Shown here: positions 58,289-64,000 of the stretch, piece after piece | How positions within the stretch are numbered: the first letter of the stretch is position 1 | How the letters are laid out: each line of letters begins with the position of its first letter | Assembly: GCA_045863855.1 (NCBI GenBank) | Contig: BTVV01000007.1 | Location: 1 to 64,000 of the forward strand | From: Planctomycetota bacterium | Lineage (GTDB): Bacteria; Planctomycetota; SZUA-567; H5-PLA8 | Length of the DNA stretch: 64,000 nucleotides | Direction: 5' to 3' | The notes under the pieces: model-generated | The model's input: only the letters and a program-made list of their open reading frames with translations | What the model was told of the DNA's origin: nothing | The model's database searches: none | Position numbers and translations under genes: made by a program

Positions 58289-59431
58289 TTACTCCCGGCA
58301 TTCCGGCGCCGCACGATTGGCCTGTTCGGCCACGTACTGCACATCGGCTTCGGTCATCTGCGGATACATCGGCAGCGTGACGCAACTCGCCGAGAGCCGC
58401 TCGGTGACGCTCAGACCGCCGCGCGAATGCTTGGCCTCGGCGTAATACGGCTGCGTGTGCACCGGCGGATCGAAATGGACCGAAGCGCCGATGCCTGCCT
58501 GCTTCAGCTTGGCCAGGAACCTCGTCCGGTCCAGGCCGCGCGTCTTGACCACGTACATCTGATACACGTGGGTGCAGCCGGACCGCTCCACGGGCAGGTC
58601 GAACCACTCGCGATTCAGGGCCGCGTCGTAGGCTTTGGCGTGCACGCGCCGCGCGGCGTTCATCCCGGCAAGCTTATCCATCTGCTTCGCGCCTAAGGCC
58701 GCGAGCACGTTACTGAGCCTGAAATTGTAGCCCGCGAACGTCGCCGCACGCAGCCACGGGCGTTCTTTCTTTTCGCGCGCCAGCGTCGTCGATTCGATGC
58801 CGTGCCCGACCAGCGCGCGGACCTTCGCCGCCAGCGCGGCGTCGCGCGTCGTCAGCATACCGCCTTCGCCGGTGGTGAGGTTCTTCGTGGGGAAAAACGA
58901 AAAACAACCGGTCCCCCACCCGCCGGTCCGGACACCATCCTGCGCCGCGCCGATCGCTTCGGCCGAATCTTCGATCAAAAGCAGGTTGTGCCGCGCCGCG
59001 ATCTCGCCGAGTCGCCGCATATCGGCCACATGCCCGGCATAGTGGACCGCCATCAACGCTTCGGTGCGCGGCGTGATCGCCGCCTCGACCGCGGCGGGAT
59101 CCAGGTTGCCGGTCTGGTATTCCACGTCTGCGAAGACCGGCGTCGCGCCCGCGGTGACGATCGCATTGGCGCTGGCCACGAACGTGAAGCTCGGAACGAT
59201 CACCTCGCCCTTGATGCCCTGCGCCACCAAGGACAGAAAAAGCGCGGACGTGCAGGAGTTCATGCAGACGGCATGCGGCAGGCCCAGAAACGCCGCGAAC
59301 TTCGCTTCGAATTCGTGGTTCATCGGCCCGTGCGCGAGCCATCCGGACTTCAGCACTTCCGTGACGGCATCGAGTTCGGCCGCGTCGAGATTCGGGATGC
59401 AAAGCGGAACGTGGCGCGGAGCATCGGACAT
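58289..59431 (-). CDS. DegT/DnrJ/EryC1/StrS sugar aminotransferase
   Basis: NSCTSAL, FTFVASANA, IEDSAEAIG, FSFFPTKNLTTGEGG, GYNFRL, LPMYP. Confidence 0.92.
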   Translation of the reverse strand: MSDAPRHVPLCIPNLDAAELDAVTEVLKSGWLAHGPMNHEFEAKFAAFLGLPHAVCMNSCTSALFLSLVAQGIKGEVIVPSFTFVASANAIVTAGATPVFADVEYQTGNLDPAAVEAAITPRTEALMAVHYAGHVADMRRLGEIAARHNLLLIEDSAEAIGAAQDGVRTGGWGTGCFSFFPTKNLTTGEGGMLTTRDAALAAKVRALVGHGIESTTLAREKKERPWLRAATFAGYNFRLSNVLAALGAKQMDKLAGMNAARRVHAKAYDAALNREWFDLPVERSGCTHVYQMYVVKTRGLDRTRFLAKLKQAGIGASVHFDPPVHTQPYYAEAKHSRGGLSVTERLSASCVTLPMYPQMTEADVQYVAEQANRAAPECRE

Positions 59432-59438
59432 GGCCGGT

Positions 59439-60425
59439 TCAGCTCACCAATTCCCGCGGGCCGCGTTCTTTCAGGTCCGCCACGTAGCTTGCGATACCGG
59501 ACTCGATATCCACGCTCGGCGCGTAACCCAGCAGGTCCCTCGCTTTGGCGATCGAAAGCGTGCCCCGTTCGGGGCGCGCGGCGTCCGAGGGCCGTTCCTC
59601 GATTCGGGCTTGCGGGAAATGCCGCTTCACTTCGAGCGCGAACTCCCGCACTTCACGCGCCCGGCCACGGGTAAGGTTGAAGATTTCATTGGCCGCGCTG
59701 GGCCGATCAAGACAGCGCGCCAGCCCGTCCGCCAGATCGGCCGCGTACGTAAAGTCGATCCGGCTTTTACCGCCCTCGTGGAGCACCAACGGCTTCCCCG
59801 TCATCGCGTTCTCGATGAGTATCTGGCTCACGCGCCTGTTGGCGTCGCCGAAGCCGTAGACCGCGCTGGGCCGCACGATCGTGTACTCGAATCCGTGCGC
59901 CTTGGCGTACGATTTGGTCAGGATTTCGCCCGTCAATTTCGTCCCGCCGTACACGTCGATCGGATCGGTGGGATGCGTCTCGTCGGCTTCGGCGCTTTTG
60001 AAATGCCCGTACACGAAACTGCTGCTCGCGAAGACGAAGCGTTTGACGCTGCCCGCCGCGCGCACGCCTTCCAGCACCGAAAGCGTGCCGTCCACGTTGA
60101 TTTGCAGCGCTTCGGTCGGATACAGCGTCGCTTCCTTGGCGCTGGGCAGCGCCGCCAGATGCACCACCGCGTCCGGACGCCATTCGGTCATGATCTGCTG
60201 GATGCGCTTCTGTACACGGATGTCACCGCGCTCGATCCGTACGTTCGGGTGATCCAGCAATCCGGCCATGCGCGCCTTCAAGAAATGCTGATAGTGGCTG
60301 ATGAACGGGGAAATGTAGTTCAGGTAGGCGTCCAGTAGGAGCAGTTCGTGTTGTTGCGCGCAGAGGATGCGCGCCAAGTGCGAGCCGATGAAGCCGCAGC
60401 CGCCCGTGATTAGAATCTTGCTCAT
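59439..60425 (-). CDS. NAD-dependent epimerase/dehydratase
   Basis: TGGCGFIG, HLAA, ASSSFVYG, YGGTK, DFTY. Confidence 0.92.
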   Translation of the reverse strand: MSKILITGGCGFIGSHLARILCAQQHELLLLDAYLNYISPFISHYQHFLKARMAGLLDHPNVRIERGDIRVQKRIQQIMTEWRPDAVVHLAALPSAKEATLYPTEALQINVDGTLSVLEGVRAAGSVKRFVFASSSFVYGHFKSAEADETHPTDPIDVYGGTKLTGEILTKSYAKAHGFEYTIVRPSAVYGFGDANRRVSQILIENAMTGKPLVLHEGGKSRIDFTYAADLADGLARCLDRPSAANEIFNLTRGRAREVREFALEVKRHFPQARIEERPSDAARPERGTLSIAKARDLLGYAPSVDIESGIASYVADLKERGPRELVS

Positions 60426-62329
60426 GCGTCCCTATCCGTCTCGGATTGACGCCACGCATGATAGCTCAGCCCCAGGCAGGTCACGAGGAATAAAACCGGG
60501 AGCGCCAGATCGCTCGCGCCGATGGGCTCGTCGTCGCCGCGAAACCCTCGCGCCGGCATCGCGAAGAGCGCCTCCGGCGGCGCCGCGCTGGGTTTGGGCC
60601 GCAACAACAAGTAGCTCGTCTCGTCGTCGTATTCCAGCGTCGCCACCAGTTCGCTCGTCTCGAGCAGCGCCGCGTAAGCGGGACGTTCCGTCTCGCGGTC
60701 CCGCGCCACCAGGATCGCCGGCCGCGGCGACTCGTAGTAGAACTCGCGCAGGCCGCTCCATGGCAGCACGTCGATCACCGGGCGATTGAGATACCAGACG
60801 GCCTCGTTCGCCGAACCGCCGAACCAGAGCAGCCGTTCCTCGCCTAGATGCTTCGCCATCCGCTCGAAGAACGCGCGCTTGGGTTCCTTGCGTTCCTGCG
60901 CCGGCCGGATCGTGGTTTCCTTGAGCAGCCCCAGCAGCGCGACAAGCGCCAGGAGCGCGATCGAGGCCTCTTGGAATGCCCCCGCGCGAAGCCAACGTAC
61001 CGCACGCCACGCCAGCGCGGCGAATCCCGCCGCGCAAACGCCCGCCCACAGAAACTCCCCGCGCGTGAATGGTAGCGCGCGTTCGAGCCCCCACCACGCG
61101 CCGCTCGCCAATACCGCCGCGGAAAGCGGCGCCAGCGCCGCCACGGCGTACAGCGTCCCTTTCGAAAAAGCCGTAAGCCAAGGATGCCGCGCCACGCCGC
61201 CGGCTTCGAAGAACAACGCATGCCAATAACGCCCTACCCACAACGACAGCATCGGATACAGCGGCAGCATGTATACGCTGCGCTTGCTCCCCAGCATGTT
61301 CATCAAGAACCACGGCACCAGCAGCGCGCAGACCAGAAACCGGCCCGGTGTCGTCATGCGATGCGCGTAGCGGATGCTCCACCACAGCGCGGGAAAGATG
61401 AACAAACCCCAAGGCAAGAAGTGCATCGGTACGTTCTGAAGATAGAAGAGGAACGGAAAGATGCGGATGCCCGAATTGTGATCCACCTGCCCTATGGCGC
61501 GCTGCAGATTCTCCTGTTCGATGAGGATTTCCACGCCCTGCCATTCGTCCACGCGCCAGAGCACGTAGAACCAGAAGTTACCGACCCAGAGAGCCAGCGC
61601 CACGCCGTACCAGATTCGCGAACGCCAAACGAAGCTCGGCAGGCCGCGGCCCGCGGTATAGCGGCGCCACTCCCAGGCCAAGTACGTGAACATCGGGATC
61701 ACGGCAAAAACGGCGACAAGCGGCGGGCCCTTGGCCTGGCAGGCTATTCCTAAACAGAGATAGAAAGCCAGCAACGGCAACCCGGCTTCCCGGTCGCGGC
61801 CTTGTTCCAGTCGCTGTAATCCGACCAGAAAGAAATACCAGCCGGCCATCATCGATGCCGTCAGCATCGGATCGATCAGAATTTCGCGCGACATGGCCTG
61901 AAAGAAATAAGTGGAGAGCAACGCCAGCCCGGCCAGCAGGCCGGTCTGAGGCCCGTACAAGCGCCGCCCCAGCCCGTAGGTAAACAGAACCGTCAGCCAC
62001 CCGCAGCAGACAGGCAACAGCCGGAACGCGGTGGACAACTCCAGGCCCATGGCCTGGCCAAGGAAACCGAATCCGGCGAGCACCCAGTAGATCAGCACCG
62101 GCTTCTTGAGCCGCGGCTCCCCGTTGAAGGCAGGAATCACCCAGTCGCTGGCGTCTTCGCCTTTGGCGCCGGTCACTAGATCGCGCGCGGCGCAGACGTA
62201 GCGCGGTTCATCCGGGCGTTCGATGTACTGCGTATGCAAATACGGGAGCGCCGAAAGCAGGTACAGCAGCGTCAGCAGCAGGGCATGGCGCCAAGCCGGA
62301 GCTTGCTCATCGAGCAGCGCGCGCATCAT
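60422..62329 (-). CDS. ArnT-like (GT-C fold) lipid-linked sugar transferase
   Basis: PDEPRY, DWVIPAFNGEPRLKKPVLIYW, KGP, KRSVYMLPLYP; many TM helices; start overlaps the upstream stop. Confidence 0.85.
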   Translation of the reverse strand: MMRALLDEQAPAWRHALLLTLLYLLSALPYLHTQYIERPDEPRYVCAARDLVTGAKGEDASDWVIPAFNGEPRLKKPVLIYWVLAGFGFLGQAMGLELSTAFRLLPVCCGWLTVLFTYGLGRRLYGPQTGLLAGLALLSTYFFQAMSREILIDPMLTASMMAGWYFFLVGLQRLEQGRDREAGLPLLAFYLCLGIACQAKGPPLVAVFAVIPMFTYLAWEWRRYTAGRGLPSFVWRSRIWYGVALALWVGNFWFYVLWRVDEWQGVEILIEQENLQRAIGQVDHNSGIRIFPFLFYLQNVPMHFLPWGLFIFPALWWSIRYAHRMTTPGRFLVCALLVPWFLMNMLGSKRSVYMLPLYPMLSLWVGRYWHALFFEAGGVARHPWLTAFSKGTLYAVAALAPLSAAVLASGAWWGLERALPFTRGEFLWAGVCAAGFAALAWRAVRWLRAGAFQEASIALLALVALLGLLKETTIRPAQERKEPKRAFFERMAKHLGEERLLWFGGSANEAVWYLNRPVIDVLPWSGLREFYYESPRPAILVARDRETERPAYAALLETSELVATLEYDDETSYLLLRPKPSAAPPEALFAMPARGFRGDDEPIGASDLALPVLFLVTCLGLSYHAWRQSETDRDA

Positions 62330-63102
62330 GTTCGCGCGGAAGCCGCCGCTTGCGGCGTGCAGGTGCGCACCGCTTGGAGATCGTAGAATCCGGCCTTCAA
62401 GCGTTTGCGGCAGCGCAGCAGCTCGGGAAACCCGGACCAAGCCTTGCGCAGCGCCCGATACTTGCTCGCGCCGTGCTTGCGCGGCGCGTGGCGCGTCTCC
62501 ACGTCGCCGATGCGCCGGGGATCCAGCCCGCGCCGCACCAGAATCGGAATCACGTAGCGATGGTCGTTCTCGCGCAGTTCCAATCCTTGGGCCAGTATCG
62601 CCGGAAGCGCCGTGAAATTGCTGGCCGCGTCTTGCACCGGACACGTCATCAGCATGCGGATCAGCCAATTGCCCAACCGGCTGATCGCCACCAGCCCGGC
62701 CGCGTGCTGCCGGCGCATCCGAATCGCATTCGTCAGGTCCAGCCGGCCGGCTTCGAGCGGCGCCAGCAGCTTGGGAATATCTTCGGGGTAATTCTGCAAG
62801 TCGGCGTCCATGGTCACGATGGTGTCGCCCGTGGCATGCCGAAAGCCCGTCTGAAAGCCGCCCGTCTGCCCGCCGCGAACCGGATTGCGCAGCGCGCGAA
62901 GACGCGGATACCGGGCGCTCAGGTGCTGCAGCAGTTCCAAACTGCCGTCGGTCGAATGATCGTCGCAGGCCAAATGTTCCCATTCGCGCGCCGGCTGCTC
63001 CGCGCGCCAAGCTTCCATCGTCGCGCAAATGCGCTCGACGAGTTCGGGAATGTTCCCCGCCTCGTTATGGATCGGCGTGAGGACCGAGACTTTGCGGATC
63101 AT
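62326..63102 (-). CDS. GT2 polyprenol-phosphate glycosyltransferase (ArnC/DPM1-like)
   Basis: PIHNEAGNI, DDHSTDGS, GQTGG, TMDADLQNYPEDIP, RKHGASKY. Confidence 0.88.
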   Translation of the reverse strand: MIRKVSVLTPIHNEAGNIPELVERICATMEAWRAEQPAREWEHLACDDHSTDGSLELLQHLSARYPRLRALRNPVRGGQTGGFQTGFRHATGDTIVTMDADLQNYPEDIPKLLAPLEAGRLDLTNAIRMRRQHAAGLVAISRLGNWLIRMLMTCPVQDAASNFTALPAILAQGLELRENDHRYVIPILVRRGLDPRRIGDVETRHAPRKHGASKYRALRKAWSGFPELLRCRKRLKAGFYDLQAVRTCTPQAAASART

Positions 63103-63363
63103 CGGGTCGCCAGCGCTTCGGCGGCCGTCGGCGTTCCGCGGCCCGCCTCGCGCACCGGATTCGAATGGGCCTGTAGCGCCGTGTCCGGCGCAAGCAGGAA
63201 GTAGAGTATCGAACGGGACATGAATGCGGCGCGGCCTCCCGGCATGCGTCCCAACGCTTGAAGTACCCGACGCAGCAAAACGAAAGTTTAAGAGGCGCCA
63301 AATGCTGCGCCAAGCGCGAGAAAAGAAAATGCGGGTTTAGGATTCTAAACCCATGCGCGCTTG

Positions 63364-63999
63364 CTAACCCATGAGTCCCATCAAACCGAGAGTCGCCGCG
63401 CCCAACGCGCCGCCATCGGGCAATTTGCCGTAAACCAGTTCGACCTGCTCGGTATGCGTCGGCAGCCCGTGCTCGGCATACGCGGCACGCAGGGGCGCGT
63501 CGATGGCCGGAGCCGCCAGGGCCAGCGTCCCGCCGACCACCAGCCGTTCGGGATCCAGCAGCAGCGCGACCTGCGCGGCCGTGCGTCCGGCAAGCACCGC
63601 GGCCTCGCGCATACCCGCCGCCGCGGCGGGATCGCCCGCTGCCGCGGCCGCCAGCAGCGCCGTAATCTTCTCGGTGGATCCGCCGGGAGCGCGCCAGCCG
63701 GCAAGTTCCGCGGCGGCCAACAGCGCCACGGCGCCCGTGCGGCTTTGCAGCGAGCCGTCTTCGCCCGGCAGGCGCCAGTGCCCCAGTTCGCCCGCCAGAT
63801 GATGCGCGCCCGCCTGCACCCGCCCGTTCACCACCATCGCCATCGCCACGCCCGTACGAAACGAGAGGTATACGAACGATCCACACCCGCGCGCGGCGCC
63901 GAACCAGCCTTCGGCAAGTGCCAGCGCGTGAATGTTGCTGCCCATGTACACCGGCAGCTTCAGCTTCGCGTGCAGTTCCTCGAGCAGCAGTCCGGACTC
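63364..63999 (-). CDS. ROK family protein (regulator or kinase), 5' partial
   Basis: Frame is open to the window end; LPVYMGSNIHALALAEGWFG, AGELGH, LLDPERLVVGG, ALGAA. Confidence 0.8.
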   Translation of the reverse strand, partial: ESGLLLEELHAKLKLPVYMGSNIHALALAEGWFGAARGCGSFVYLSFRTGVAMAMVVNGRVQAGAHHLAGELGHWRLPGEDGSLQSRTGAVALLAAAELAGWRAPGGSTEKITALLAAAAAGDPAAAAGMREAAVLAGRTAAQVALLLDPERLVVGGTLALAAPAIDAPLRAAYAEHGLPTHTEQVELVYGKLPDGGALGAATLGLMGLMG

Positions 64000-64000
64000 G

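Overview
GC-rich bacterial chromosomal segment. The gene content (membrane Ser/Thr kinase, prenyltransferase-repeat protein, ECF sigma factor, DUF3592-like protein, kdsA, lgt) suggests a diderm Planctomycetota/PVC-type organism, which is an inference. It holds about 48 CDS, including housekeeping genes (uup-like ABC-F, kdsA, folC, cobB, DAHP synthase, argH, thiL, lgt, tsaE, gdhA). The main feature is a ~20 kb multiheme-cytochrome locus (18.9-39.0 kb). It encodes a probable di-heme-b membrane protein, two decaheme cytochromes, a tetraheme cytochrome with one CX4CH motif, an outer-membrane beta-barrel, a tandem GlcG/HbpS-domain protein and its own System II maturation genes, so it is a candidate envelope-spanning electron conduit. 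Several signals are absent from the ORF track: (i) a complete ribosome-mediated attenuator whose leader carries Phe, Tyr and Trp codons upstream of DAHP synthase; (ii) a 26-aa Arg/Lys-rich ORF upstream of argH, with a helix that hides the argH start codon; (iii) a 1.26 kb low-GC insertion in the sirtuin gene, bounded by a 16-bp direct repeat, which supplies a replacement 5' end; (iv) a 28-bp XerC/D dif-like site at 57.7 kb. No rRNA, tRNA, CRISPR array, transposase or integrase was recognised. All calls come from reading the sequence by eye; no searches were run.
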